Assembly: GCA_009602725.1 (NCBI GenBank)
Contig: WELB01000015.1
Coordinates: 555,784-590,512, forward strand
Direction of reading: 5' to 3'
DNA: 34,729 bases
Source of the DNA: Spirogloea muscicola
Lineage: Eukaryota
Within the stretch, counting starts at the first letter, position 1; every line of letters begins with the position of its first letter. The notes under the pieces are model-generated. The model was given only the letters and a program-made list of their open reading frames with translations, did no database searches and was not told the origin of the DNA. Shown here piece by piece: positions 1 through 12,211 of the stretch. Made by a program: the position numbers and the translations under genes.

Positions 1-3000
1 CTCCACGGCCCGCTGCCGGAGACCGGCTCGGCGTGGCAGCGCGCCGCCTCGGCCTTCCTCGGCCGCTTCCGCACGCCGCCGGCCGCCGGCGAGGGCGACG
101 ACGCGAGCTCGGCGCCGGCCGCCCTCACCGAGTGGCCCATCGGCGTGGAGGGCTGGCAGAACGGGGACCTCGCTGCGCAGCGCAAGCCCGACGTCGGCCA
201 GTACGCCGGCTACTTCCGCCTCAACCGCACGCACGATGCCAGGTCGGGCGCCTTCCCAATCCGTCTCCCAGCGCGAGCAAGCAGTCAGTGCTGGTGGCTC
301 CTGGCGTCAGCCTGCGCCCTCGTTCCTCTGAACGCGCCATGGTTGACTGTCAAGGTGTGAATGTTGTAGGAGAGAGGTGCGTGCATGTAGGATGTCCTCC
401 ACTGCTAGCTCCTGCCTAGCTCGAGGTAGCAAATTCGGGTCGTCAATCTTCCTCAGGCGCTCGCCCTGGCCAGGCACCTACTTAAGTTCTTGGGAGCACG
501 GCTTGGAGCTCATGTCACAGCTTCAGCAGTCAGCAGAGGCCATCGTTCAAAGTTCATGGCATTGTCAGCTAGGGCCAGTTAGCGAGTTGCATGTGCCCAG
601 GCAGGACATCAGAAGCCTTGCCTACAGAAGCCTTGCAAACCTTTCACACCCTCGGCTCAAAGCTATCTTCTGATTTCAGCAAATTAGTTACTTCTGAAGC
701 ATGAGCACTACAAGACAACCTTATGAGATATTAATTGAGGAATAAAAATAGAAGAGAAACTGCCTAAATGAGATGTTTGTAAGCTGCTGTAGAAGAGTCA
801 GATATGTCGCTGAGTTGGCAACTGACATTATATTTTATGTAGCTCGAGTGCAACATAAACGTCAGTCAAGCTTCAAAGTTGCTACTGTTACGATAGCACG
901 TCTAAGTCAACAGATTGGTGTGTTGGTTGGTCAGTAGAACATAAGACCATGACAGACCCGCTTGGTCGGCATCTGACTCATACTGGCAACCGTCGGCCCC
1001 TAGCAACTCACACTCTGAATCTCTTACCTGCTACCCAGGATGTTCTACTTCTTCTTTGAGTCCCGCGGCGACAAGGAAACGGACCCTTTGGTCCTGTGGA
1101 TGACTGGTGGTCCTGGCTGTAGTAGTGAGCTTGCTGTGTTTTACGAGAATGGACCATGGAACATCAACGAGCACAATCTATCTCTGTCCTGGAATGACTA
1201 CGGATGGGACACGGTGAGTGCTTCCGCTGCACTACGACTGCTGCTTACGGAGGTAGCAGGAGTCAATGCTACAGTGTGACTCCGAATTTTGTTCTATTTC
1301 TGGAGTGAGGGCGCTTGACAGGCTCGCGGAAAATGGTATATAAAGCCCTGTAGGTGAGCCAAGCTAAGACTTCGCATGACATTCAGGTACTCATGCCACT
1401 TGGAGCCTGTGGCAGGTCTCTAACATGATATATGTGGATCAACCCATCAACACGGGCTTCAGTTACAGCCACGACCCTCGCGATATGCGACACGATGAGA
1501 AGGGTGTATCGGAGGATATGTACGACTTTCTGCAGGTCTTGGACTACTTATCCTTGAAGTGATATGTGAATCACTATGAACTGCAAGTGCAGAAATGCAT
1601 TGACAGCTTACCTGAGACTGCATTTAAGAGCACACTTGTAATTTCCTTGCTCAGTTCGTTCTTACTGACAAACAAGAGGAGACCAGCATGCTCAAAGACC
1701 TCACAAGTACATGTAGAGCCCCGCCCGCTTGGCATGGGCAGGTGCTTTTGATTACCGAGCACTGATTTTGATGTCATCACCAGGTCTTTTTGGAGGCACA
1801 CCCAGACTATGCTGACCGTGACCTCTTCATCACTGGTGAATCATATGGTGGTCACTATGTGCCAGCTCTTGGAGGCAAGATTCACGCTGCAAATAAAGCA
1901 AAGCTGGGAAAGCACATCTACCTCAAGGTTTGCTGTCATACATTGGACATGTTCTTCTGTATCGCTTGCCATACAATGGCTCGATGTCAGTGTGCATGCA
2001 TCTTGCAGATGGGTTATTCAGGAGATTCAAAGCTCCGCAATAAACCTACCATGTGTGTGTACAAGGGTGCAATAGGATATTCGAGCGAGGAGCTTAGCAC
2101 GTCCATCCTTTTTTCCTCTCTGACTGGAGCGCCAGTCTGAATCAAGTAAATAGGAGCACAAAAGTTGGTACGACCTCCTCAGGTGGATCTGAAGGTGCAG
2201 TTGAGCTTGGCAGGGAATGGGCATTGGGAATGGCCTGACGGTGGCCAAGATACAATGGGGAGCATTGCCTGACTATGCATTCCAGAACAATCTGATATCT
2301 GAAGCTGAGTACGTAAGCATTCGCAGGAGGATGCCAGCTTGCCAGGTTGCCCTGAAATACTGTGGTGAGCCGCAAGCCCATTGCAAGCGCTGTTCTTCCT
2401 TATGTACTCTACTTCCAAGCTTGTAGGCAGGTCTGAGGTCACAGCTTGTTTGTCTGGATTGTAGGTATGAGGGTACAGAGTACTATTCCTGCCATCAGTT
2501 GGACCATGCATCTCATCCTTCATAATGGCCTGATTCTGCAGGAAGCTCAGGAACCATATCTTGTATTGCTGCATTCGTCCTCTGCAACAACGTCTTTGCG
2601 TCCATCCTCCAAGCAGCTGGCAACATCAATGTAAGTAGTACCTCCCAGTTGAAATATAGGCAGTACATGTTGTCTATCAATGGGAGCAGTGAAGGCTGGT
2701 GTTGATTCTAGAACTCTGTGCCTGAAGATGAGAGTTAACGACTGATGCATCCTCCTGGTAGTTCTGGGGTTATTTAGTAAGCTGTTGGCGTCTGTTAAGT
2801 AACTGCTTGGCTTGCAAGCTTTCACCTGCTTCAAAGATGCAGGTGATCGCAGAATGCTGCAGCAGGTCATTGTACATGTACATCAGAAAATGTGGCCTGC
2901 TCTCGATGCTTTCCCTACATTGAGGCTAATGTGTGCCCGTTGATGGACGTCCCCAGTATTATGACATCAGAGAAAATTGCACAGTGCCTCCTCTCTGCTA

Positions 3001-3990
3001 CGACTTCTCTCCATTGGACAGATACCTTGATCAACCAGGTGTTCGCGAGGCTCTTGGCGTGGGCTCAAGGAGGTTTCAGTCCTGCAGCACGTTTGTGTAC
3101 AAGGCCATGATTATGGATTTCATGCGCGATCTGGAGAAGGGCATCCCTGAAATGCTGGAAGATGGAATCAAGCTCCTTGTGTATGCGGGCGAGAATGACT
3201 TGATCTGCAACTGGCTAGGTCTGTGTACTACACACAACATATTGCTTTGGTTTGTCAAGTTGCTCTCCTCGGTACGGCTCCATTCCTATGTAACGTCGTT
3301 CTTGTTCCTACTACGCTGGTAAAAGCTAGTTCCAAGTTCCATGCTGGACAAGAAACCCATGTGTCATTTTTGTGCATTGTTGGCATGCCAGGCAACTCAC
3401 GTTGGGTGGCAGCCATAGAGTGGTCTGGCCACGACGAGTACCAGAAGGCTGCGTGGCTCCCATTCAAGGTCGATGGCGAGGAAGCTGGCATTGGCACGGG
3501 GACTGGGCCTCTCTTTTTTCTGAAGGTCAGCTTGCCTCCTCAGCACAGCTCTTGCTCTAGCAAGCTGTTTCGATGACCACCATGGCTCATGCTTCCAAGA
3601 AGCATGAAGATGTTATGGGAGGAGGCCGGAGAGACAGTGATGTCTAGTATGTGTCTAGTGAGTTCCACTGCAAGTGAGAGTCTTAGCTGCGCAGTTGCAT
3701 GCTCTAAGATTGTAGCCCTGGATTGGCTCGTCGTATGGTCTAAGCATACAGCGTGCCTTGTTGTCTCCATGGCTACTTCGGCACATTGCCGGCTTTTATT
3801 TTGCGCATGTGATTAAAAGAGAGTTTGAAGCACACATCTGATGCTGCCACTGCACTGGCAGTTGCACAATGCCGGGCACCTTGTACCGATGGACCAGCCC
3901 AAGGCCGCCCTGGAGATGCTAAAGCGGTGGATAGATGGTCAACCGCTGACCAGCCCTGCACCAGTGTCATCAGAGGCAGAAACAGCTTGA
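1..3990 (+). CDS. Serine carboxypeptidase (peptidase S10, CPY/SCPL48-49-like), 5' end outside window
   Basis: Phase-consistent GT-AG exons <1-242, 1039-1213, 1416-1535, 1784-1927, 2214-2364, 2542-2630, 2957-3218, 3392-3525, 3862-3990. Motifs WMTGGPGCSS, YVDQPINTGFSY, GESYGG (catalytic Ser), GENDLICNW (Asp), NAGHLVPMDQP (His). Confidence 0.96.
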
Positions 3991-4261
3991 ATATAGCACT
4001 TGCTGAGGATCATGCCACGTACCTCGTGAGCCAGACTTGTGCTTGTTGATTCCCTTAGAGGGGTCATTTGCAGTGCCCGGCCCTCACGTGCGTTTGAGGG
4101 CAAAATGCATGTAAAATCAGCCCTCAATTTTTGACACTGGGCTTTATGTCTTGCTTGCTTGTAGACTACTTAAACCTCATGACATTCTTTATATGTGACT
4201 GCCCACTTTTAAATTCGGAGATAAGATATGTTGCAGCCTTGTGGCTGAGAAGTGAGTGCTG

Positions 4262-6079
4262 CTACGAGCGCCTTGCAAGTGCAGTCAAAGTCTTGTGGTC
4301 CTCGCTACCATGGGCGCATTGAAGGTGGTAGGCCACTGCTCGTGCACTCATAGGACCTTGAGCCTTGCTGTGCCCACTCACTGACTGCGGCTGAGGAGCG
4401 GGTGGAAGGTGAAAGGGCCGGCACAGGGGTGGCAAGAGGACGCCGGACGTTGTATCCAGTGCCAAGAGAGAGTTGCAGGTGCTGTATTACAGGGCCACAG
4501 CCAGGGTATGGTGTCAGTATGGCTCATTGCTTTCACTGGGGTTGCTTGTTACTTCCCCCTGTGTCACAACCCTCCTGCCCAGCTGCGGTGAAGTTGGGGG
4601 CCAACTGGGTCCAATGGCAGTGCATCGAGTCCCTTTGGCATGTGCAGGAGCCAACAGTAGAAGACCAGGCACTAAAGCAAGCAAGGGGGCCGTAGGCTTT
4701 GCAGGCTAAGTAACATTCTGCGCACTGGAGGAGAGGAAGAGGAGCTGGAAGGCAGTGCTGTGCAGGTCGAGGGCAGCGGCATGCTCACCTGCATGGCAGT
4801 GTGAAAAGGGTGCGGCAGGAGAACACCCAGCGGAGGAGCGACTCGAGCGCTTTTGCGGGAGGCTCCTTCTGACTGAAGGTCAAGCGCGCCTTCCCGGCCT
4901 CGAGTGTCAGCAAGCGGAAGACGTTGTCGGAAGGGCGCCCCCAAGGGTGCACATTGCTAGGGGCCTGTGTGAGCGGCAAGTACAGCGGTGCTGGTTGTCA
5001 CCCTCCCACAACACCCAATGCACAGCCGAATGGCAGGATAGAAGAGCGGCAAGCCGTCAATAAGCTCAGCTGGCTAGTGCAGCGGAAGGCATCCATGGGG
5101 CAGGCGTCGTGCCAATTGCCACTTGCCACATCCTCACCTCATCCTCAGAGAAGATAGCGATGGCGTCAACTTGAGCAGAACCAGGGGGTAGCAGCGAGAG
5201 TGCGGACTGCAAGACGCCAGGGCAGCAGGCCAGCAGCACAGCCGCAGGCCCCTCGTCACTGGTGCCGCCCTTGGCGGTCGGCGCCGCTGCTCCTGGTGTT
5301 GAGCTCACAGCGGCCGGCTGCGCCGGCTGCTGCCTTGGCCCACCAGCCTCCACGTGCTGCACGGAAGGCAGCGCGCTCCCAGAGACTCTGGCTGCGGGAG
5401 AGGGCCTCAGAGCCAGCCGCTGCCATGCCACCCGCGAGTGGAGCTCCAGCCTCAAGCCGGGGCAGGCCAGCCGCACGCTGCGGACAGCATCCTGCAGCGA
5501 TGCTGGAGGGGCTGGGGGTGCGGCGGCGCCCTTGGCGGCGTCCTCGGCTGCTCGCAAAGTGCCGCCGGCGCCGCCCTGGCTCGCCTCCCTCCGGTCCACG
5601 AAAGCATCCAAAGAGGCTCTGAGGCCTTGCTCCGAGCACACCAGTCACCGGAGCCCGTCGTCAGCAGCAAGCCCACAGCAACGGCTTGGCACGGCGAAAG
5701 CTGGCAGCATCATTACCGAGTCTGAGCTTCGTCTCGTGAGTCTAAGCTTCGTCGTGACATGAGCTTCGTGAACGCTTCGTTTCTGAGCTTCGATTCGCAG
5801 ACGAACTTCAGTCTGAGCGACTGTGCGTCGGCAATGTGGGTCGTGGGCTTTATGGGTCAGTGTCAAGGTGCCCGCGTGCCTCGACGGCAGAGCTGGGCGC
5901 CCAGGTGGGTGCTCGCCCAGCAGCCGGGCCGGGGGCTCGGGCGCGGTGCCTGCCGGTGCCCACCTGGCGCGCTCGCCAGCCTTGTGCGCGGCGGCGCCGC
6001 AGAGGTGCCGCTTCCACAGGTACGGCAGCAGCGCGGCGTCGGGGCAGACGGCCAGCTGCGACGGCGGCGGCGGCGGCGG
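4262..6079 (-). CDS. MED27: Mediator subunit 27; N-terminus lies in the gap
   Basis: Exons ~6055-5964, 5618-5138, 4964-4789, 4481-4262. LAVCPDAALLPYLWKRHLCG, SLLPPGSAQVDAIAIFSEDE, LESLLRWVFSCRTLFTLPCSTCNSLLALD..LLPP and AYHLQC match plant MED27, including the C-terminal CxxC..H..C motif. Confidence 0.88.
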
Positions 6080-7200
6080 NNNNNNNNNNNNNNNNNNNNN
6101 NNNNNNNNNNNNNNNNNNNNNNNNNNNNNNNNNNNNNNNNNNNNNNNNNNNNNNNNNNNNNNNNNNNNNNNNNNNNNNNNNNNNNNNNNNNNNNNNNNNN
6201 NNNNNNNNNNNNNNNNNNNNNNNNNNNNNNNNNNNNNNNNNNNNNNNNNNNNNNNNNNNNNNNNNNNNNNNNNNNNNNNNNNNNNNNNNNNNNNNNNNNN
6301 NNNNNNNNNNNNNNNNNNNNNNNNNNNNNNNNNNNNNNNNNNNNNNNNNNNNNNNNNNNNNNNNNNNNNNNNNNNNNNNNNNNNNNNNNNNNNNNNNNNN
6401 NNNNNNNNNNNNNNNNNNNNNNNNNNNNNNNNNNNNNNNNNNNNNNNNNNNNNNNNNNNNNNNNNNNNNNNNNNNNNNNNNNNNNNNNNNNNNNNNNNNN
6501 NNNNNNNNNNNNNNNNNNNNNNNNNNNNNNNNNNNNNNNNNNNNNNNNNNNNNNNNNNNNNNNNNNNNNNNNNNNNNNNNNNNNNNNNNNNNNNNNNNNN
6601 NNNNNNNNNNNNNNNNNNNNNNNNNNNNNNNNNNNNNNNNNNNNNNNNNNNNNNNNNNNNNNNNNNNNNNNNNNNNNNNNNNNNNNNNNNNNNNNNNNNN
6701 NNNNNNNNNNNNNNNNNNNNNNNNNNNNNNNNNNNNNNNNNNNNNNNNNNNNNNNNNNNNNNNNNNNNNNNNNNNNNNNNNNNNNNNNNNNNNNNNNNNN
6801 NNNNNNNNNNNNNNNNNNNNNNNNNNNNNNNNNNNNNNNNNNNNNNNNNNNNNNNNNNNNNNNNNNNNNNNNNNNNNNNNNNNNNNNNNNNNNNNNNNNN
6901 NNNNNNNNNNNNNNNNNNNNNNNNNNNNNNNNNNNNNNNNNNNNNNNNNNNNNNNNNNNNNNNNNNNNNNCCCGCTCACCGGCCGCACCCGCCTCGGCGC
7001 GCCGCCGCTGCGCCTCGCCGTCGACGCCGCCACCAGCCAGCTCCTCCACTACGACCACGCCGCCGTCGACGGCGCCGCCGAGCGCCGGCCTGACGAGCCG
7101 CTGCTCGCCGGCCACGACCACGTGGAGCTCTGCGACGACCTCCAGGTCGCCCTCCTCGCCGCCGAGCGGCATCGACGTGGGCGCCCACCGGCCCGTCCCG
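5870..7200. promoter_or_regulatory. GC/CpG-rich region containing the probable MED27 / eIF2B-epsilon bidirectional promoter (gap 6080-6970)
   Basis: Divergent genes whose starts both fall in the N-gap, with a (GGC)n run at the gap edge. Confidence 0.55.
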
Positions 7201-10200
7201 GCCCGGGCTCCCGGGCTCACAGCCCTGCCGCTCTGGGACTGCTCGCAGGACTGCCACATTGACATCTGCGCGCCGGAGGTGCTCTACCTCTTCACCGACA
7301 ACTTCGACTACCAGGACATCCGGCGCGACTTCGTCAAGGGCCTCCTCAGTGACGAGGTGAGGTGCGTCCTGCGCGACGCCAATGCGGGATGCGATGATCG
7401 CTCAGAGGATGGCGGTATCGACCGTATCACGCTGCTCGTGATGCTGGCCGCAGGTCTCGGGCAACAAGATATACACGTACGAGCTGGCCGGGGAGTACGC
7501 TGCCCACGTCGAGAACCTGGCGTCGTACGACGCCGTCAGCCGCGACGTGATCGCGCGGTGGTCCTTCCCTCTCGTGCCAGACAACCACTTCTCGCTCTAC
7601 TCTGGCGGCGTCCGCCTCGGCCGCGGCAACATCTACCGCGAGGACGGTTAGGGCTCTGGCACGCGCTCAAATTCGAGTGCCAATCTTGCACTCGTCAAGT
7701 GGTGCGCCTGCCTCCTCGGGGTGTGTGACTGTGTGCTCTTGCCGCCGCTGCTTCGGCAGGCGTGGTCACGGCAAGGTCGGTCAAGATCGGCGAAGACACT
7801 GTCCTGGGTGAAAACACTCGAGTCGGCGACAACTCCATCATCAGCAACTCTGTCATTGGCCGCAACTGCACCATTGGCACGAACGTCCAGATCGAGGGCA
7901 GCTACATATGGGACAATGTCACCATCAAGGACGGCGTCCGCATGTCGCACGCCCTGGTGTGTGATAAGGTCGTGGTGCGGGAACGTGCCGTCTTGGAGCC
8001 TGGGACGGTGCTGTCATTCCAGGTGGGCGACCCGCGACCCTCAGCTCGTTGTGAGCATCGGCCTGTGGATGCAAGCCCAAGGTCTCTGTGACTATGCCCT
8101 GCTCGCGCTGAAGATGTGGCCGTGTGGACTGCACACAACATCGCCAGGTTGTGATTGGTCAAGACTTCCACGTGCCCGCCTACTCGAGGATATCCCAGCA
8201 TCCACAGCCCCTGGATGACGACAGCGACGAGGAGCTGGAGTCTGGTGATGCCACCTTCGGAATGGGCATGAGAGACAAAGAAGGTCAGCGACATGCGCGG
8301 GGACTAGAAGGATGACTGATTTGCTCGATGATGGTGTTTGAAGTTTCACTGGGCTTGATGCATGGCTTGTTCACACAGACCCCTGCATGTGGCAATGCGG
8401 GTGGTTGAGGCCCGGGGCAAGCAAGTCGATGACTGGATGTCGCATTCCCTTGGCGGAGGGCGCAGGCCCACGCGAGAAGCAGGAGGAGAGCGACCACGGA
8501 GAAGCGCAGGCTGCATCTGCGCAAAGGGCAGGTGCAGATGCATCGCGCTGGGCTGACAATGAGGTATACAGCGCGGCAGCAGATTGAAGCTGCACGTCCA
8601 TCTTCTACCTTCATCATAGTCAAGCAGCAACTGTGTTTCTTTGTTGCAAATGCAACCTGCTGGCAGAGTCACGTTGCATATGTTGGAGGCTTATACGGGC
8701 CAACTCGCTGTGCTTGCCTACCCAAGTGCAGGTGGGGGTTGGAGGTGCTGGCTACAAGTGGTCAGTGAGAGGGGAAGATGAGGATCCTTGGAGATACTCC
8801 ATGGCTCCAGTCCCCGAACACATTGTGGCTGATCTCGCAAGACGTGCACAGGAGGTCAAGGTGGCACCAGTGGAAGAAACTGAAGGAGGAGAAGCTGGGA
8901 TGGCAGGAGGAGATGAAGACGAGGAAGACGAGGAGGACGAGGAGGGGGCAGAGTTCAACAACGAGGTTGGCGCTTTTGCTGCAGAAGACCATGAAGCCTT
9001 CCCATTGTCAATATGCTTAAATGTGACAGCTCGTTTCCAGGTGGCCCGTCATTGTTTGGACAAGGATTACTGTCACGGACCGAGGTTGAGGGTTTCTCGC
9101 TTCACAGGTCAAGGAGATGTTCAGGCGAGCTGCACTCGAGGGTGTACATCCAGACAACGTGGTCTTGGAGGTCAATGCTGTCAAGTGAGTCACGATTGTG
9201 AGCCCCTCATCTGTTTGTACATGGCTAAGTGCTTTGCTTCATGTACAAGCCACAAACCACATGATGTCTTGCACGATGAGCGTCTGTAGTTGGCTTCATG
9301 TAAATATCCTATGGATTAGCACCACCTGCTTGAGCTGAACGGGCACACAGTTCTTTCGTGATGGTGCAAGGTTGGCATACAACAAAACCTTTGCAGATTG
9401 TGCAAGCGCGATGTTCCAGGAGATGGTGTCGCTTGTCCTTGAGGCTTCACATAGTGATGCAAGTATGAGCTTGTGTATGAGTAGGCATTGCTCAGTTATC
9501 CTTGAGGACTTGTTGATGTCTTTGTGGCCTATCATAGATCATATTACGGGCATATCTGGAAACATTGGCAGGAAGCCCGACAGCGGCCCTTTGCTCTTGC
9601 CTGCTTGGTTATGCACGGCATTTAGTACACTAGTATTATATATGGCCAAGAAGCGTCAGCTCACCAGCTAAGTAACCACATAAAATTCTGTCCTGAAACC
9701 TAGCAAGCCACTAATAGATGTCTCTTGGCAGATGGCATCCTTGCGGATACCAAGAGGGTGATGCACAAGTGGGGCCCGCTGCTTCGACGCTTCCTTAAGT
9801 CCGTGGATGACGAGGTTCGGAGGCGCCAGCTCCGTTGCACGTGACTGCAAAAGCGCCACATATTGTATGGCACTAATATCAGATGTTGGCTGGACATGCA
9901 GGTCGAGGTCCTTCTAACATTTGAGGAGTGCTGCTCAGAGGACGGCAAGGAGATGGCTCCTCTCTTTAGCCAGGCACCTCCACCATGCCTTCAGACTCTT
10001 CTTGCATTGCCTGTGCTATGATGGAGTCTGTTCTTTAATGCTCTTGGTGTCTCAGGTTTTCGCCAGAAGGCCCTGGTTTTGGAAGTTCGATCATGGTGCA
10101 TAGGCTCGCGCACTCAGGCCTCTCTTCGGCAGGCCTGCTGTGGAACTGATTAGCCTGCATAGTAGGAGCAGGTGATGGAGGTGCTGTACCGCGAGGACGT

Positions 10201-10486
10201 CGCCTCGGAGGAGGCAATCATGTCATGGGCAGCCGAGAAGGAGTTTGCAGATAAGTCAGAGAAGGTGTTCCTCGACCAGTCGTCCAAGTTCATCACGGTG
10301 ACTACGCTTTGATTTCTACCACTTTGCCATCATCGTACTGTGGATCTTCTGGCACCAGACTCACGTTTGTCTGCCTTTGCCCAGTCAAGATGCAATGCTC
10401 CAGGTCGCAGGATCACAAGTGCTCATCAGGAGTTAGCGTGTCTTTCTACAGTGGCTGAAAGAAGCAGAGGAGGAGGGCGATGATGA

Positions 10487-10521
<35 letters not shown>

Positions 10522-10958
10522 AGGAGGGGGAGGAGGAGGAGGAGGAGGAGGAGGGGGAGGAGGAGGAGGAGGAGGAGGAGGTTGAGGAGGGGCCCCAGGA
10601 AGCTGCACCGCGACCATCTCAGGCAGGAGCCACGGCAACTTCGGTGTCAGCATCAAGTGAGGCTGGTGTATGTGAAGAGGTCGCTGGTGGCCAGTCGCAT
10701 GGTCGTGCTGCAGTTGATGCTATTGAAAACGGGGAGGAGGCCTCCATTGCTGCGGAGCAGGATGGTGAAGAGGAGGGTTCAGCCACGCCAAGCGAGGGGA
10801 GGGAGGCAGATGGGCAAGAGAAGAGGCAGGGAGCAGCTGGAAGCACAGGGAGACGACGGGCAGGGGAAGCAGGGGCAGGTGGGCACCAGCTTGATCCTAC
10901 AAGCATTGTTGGCACGGAGAGTGATGGCATTTCTGCACAGCACACTGAGGTGACGTGA
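6971..10958 (+). CDS. EIF2B5: Translation initiation factor eIF2B epsilon subunit; N-terminus lies in the gap
   Basis: Exons <6971-7145, 7249-7356, 7454-7646, 7760-8022, 8148-8283, 8466-8563, 8732-8965, 9108-9184, 9371-9462, 9732-9814, 9902-9973, 10172-10297, 10452-10958. [22 protein letters not shown] (NF motif), hexapeptide beta-helix ([19 protein letters not shown]), W2/HEAT domain ending WLKEAEEE. Confidence 0.95.
10467..10590 (+). repeat. Coding (GAG)n microsatellite giving a poly-Glu tract in the last eIF2B-epsilon exon
   Basis: Long interrupted GAG run directly after WLKEA, in frame. Confidence 0.9.
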
Positions 10959-11689
10959 CTGCAAGGGTCATGTACCTTCAAGGCCTTGGCCTTGGTACAG
11001 TTGCCAAGAGCCACTTCTGCCGCTAGCTGGCAAGCTTGCTGCCGCCAGCTGGCTGGCGAGCCGACAGACGATCCGCGGTCGGTGGTAGTGGCATCATGTT
11101 GTGGAGCAGCTTGGCTTGCGGCCTGTCGTGCAGGACTGGCCAGTAAAAGCATCTCCCAGAAGGTCTGACGTGCTAATTGCAGGAGAGGGCCAGACCTGGG
11201 CCGCTTCCGGCCTACTGCTGTGGCTCCGGCAGGGGGTCGAGGCCAGGGGACGCTAAGCCAGCTCAAAGGAGTGCAGAGGCTACTGATGTGGCAGAGCGAC
11301 CATATTAGCCAGCCAAGGGCTTGCTTGAGAGTGGCCAGTGCTTGCACCACCCCTGATTGGTACCCAGGCTAGAGAGCTCAATCTATTGTGCTATTGTCCT
11401 CACACGTTTGGGCGTGGAATGTGGGAGGAACTACAGATTTTTGACATAGCTGGAGCCGCTAAGGGGCGGGTGCTCCCCGAGCTGGCACCCCATTCAGGAA
11501 ATTCTTCGTGGGCTGGGGGCCTATTACAGCCTTCGCGCATCTTGCGGGAGAGCCACATTTCTCCTAAGATCAATTGAACCTTGATCAGCAGTAGAAATCA
11601 GAGTGAGCTGGGTGTGAGTGGATGCCCGCGGCCTGCAGAGGGCCACCCTCCCACCCCCAAGAGCAGGACCAGTACTGCTGTTCACGCAA

Positions 11690-11965
11690 AGGAAGAGCAG
11701 GTATATGCCACTAAGACCCAAGGGATAAGGTGATCCGACTGCCTGGAACGTCTGGGCAAGCGACCCGCCGGCCTTGAAGCCCGGTAGCTCACCTTGCCGT
11801 CCCTGCCGACGATCGATGGCCCGCCATGCAAGCCGCTGCAGGAAGTGGCCCTCCCAAAAGGGGCAGAAGATCCAGCCGCCAACTGCCGAAGGCCTCGTGC
11901 AAGTGCATCGCCAGTGCCACAAAACACTCATTGCCGGCTGTGTGATCCGCTTATGTGCGCTCTCT
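11690..11965 (-). mobile_element. Possible degenerate L1/Tx1-like ORF2 C-terminal fragment
   Basis: Minus-strand AMSVLWHWRC...FWEGHFLQRLAWR resembles the LWxxRC motif that follows the zf-RVT region of L1-type ORF2. No RT or endonuclease motif is visible. Confidence 0.3.
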
Positions 11966-11972
11966 GCGCACA

Positions 11973-12016
11973 TGGGCTGGCTGTTCCAGCCCCTGTCCTC
12001 AGTGGGCGAGCCCTTT
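11973..12016 (+). repeat. Hairpin-terminated dispersed repeat, copy E (terminal motif only)
   Basis: TGGGCTGGCTGTTCCAGCCCCTGTCCTCAGTGGGCGAGCCCTTT, matching copies at 13211, 22317 and 22598. Confidence 0.85.
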
Positions 12017-12031
12017 CCTTGAGGACAAGAA

Positions 12032-12211
12032 GAAAGTGCTCGCCCATTGAGGATAGGGGCCGGAAAAGCCAGCCCAAAAAAGAATGAACAAAGTACGAGA
12101 AGGGGGCCAGGGGAAGCGCGAAGAAAGACGAGCACCAGAAGAAACAAAGCAGCTGCTGCGAATCACTCACCAACCCCTGCTAATAAGCAGCCGCAGATCA
12201 GAGATGCTAGG
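12032..12211 (-). mobile_element. Hairpin-terminated dispersed repeat, copy A (probable 3' end of a non-LTR retroelement)
   Basis: The reverse complement aligns over ~175 bp with 22186-22360. It reads PSISDLRLLISRGW*, then a pyrimidine-rich UTR and the hairpin GGGCTGG-CTTTT-CCGGCCC. Confidence 0.75.

Noticed and set aside
5645..7728. Long ORFs (440-630 aa) in the ORF track, and similar ones at 17468-18750 and 28724-30154
   Set aside because: They are artefacts of translating through N-gaps and GC-rich stop-poor flanks.
9459..9464. GC donor GAT|GCAAGT in eIF2B-epsilon
   Set aside because: It is in the wrong phase for the next exon. The GT donor at 9463 gives the correct frame.
10426..10953. 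Poly-Pro (-) and poly-Arg (+) ORFs
   Set aside because: They are alternative frames of the (GAG)n poly-Glu tract.
10619..11350. 243-aa minus-strand ORF
   Set aside because: It has a non-ATG start, is half antisense to the eIF2B-epsilon last exon and shows no recognisable domain.
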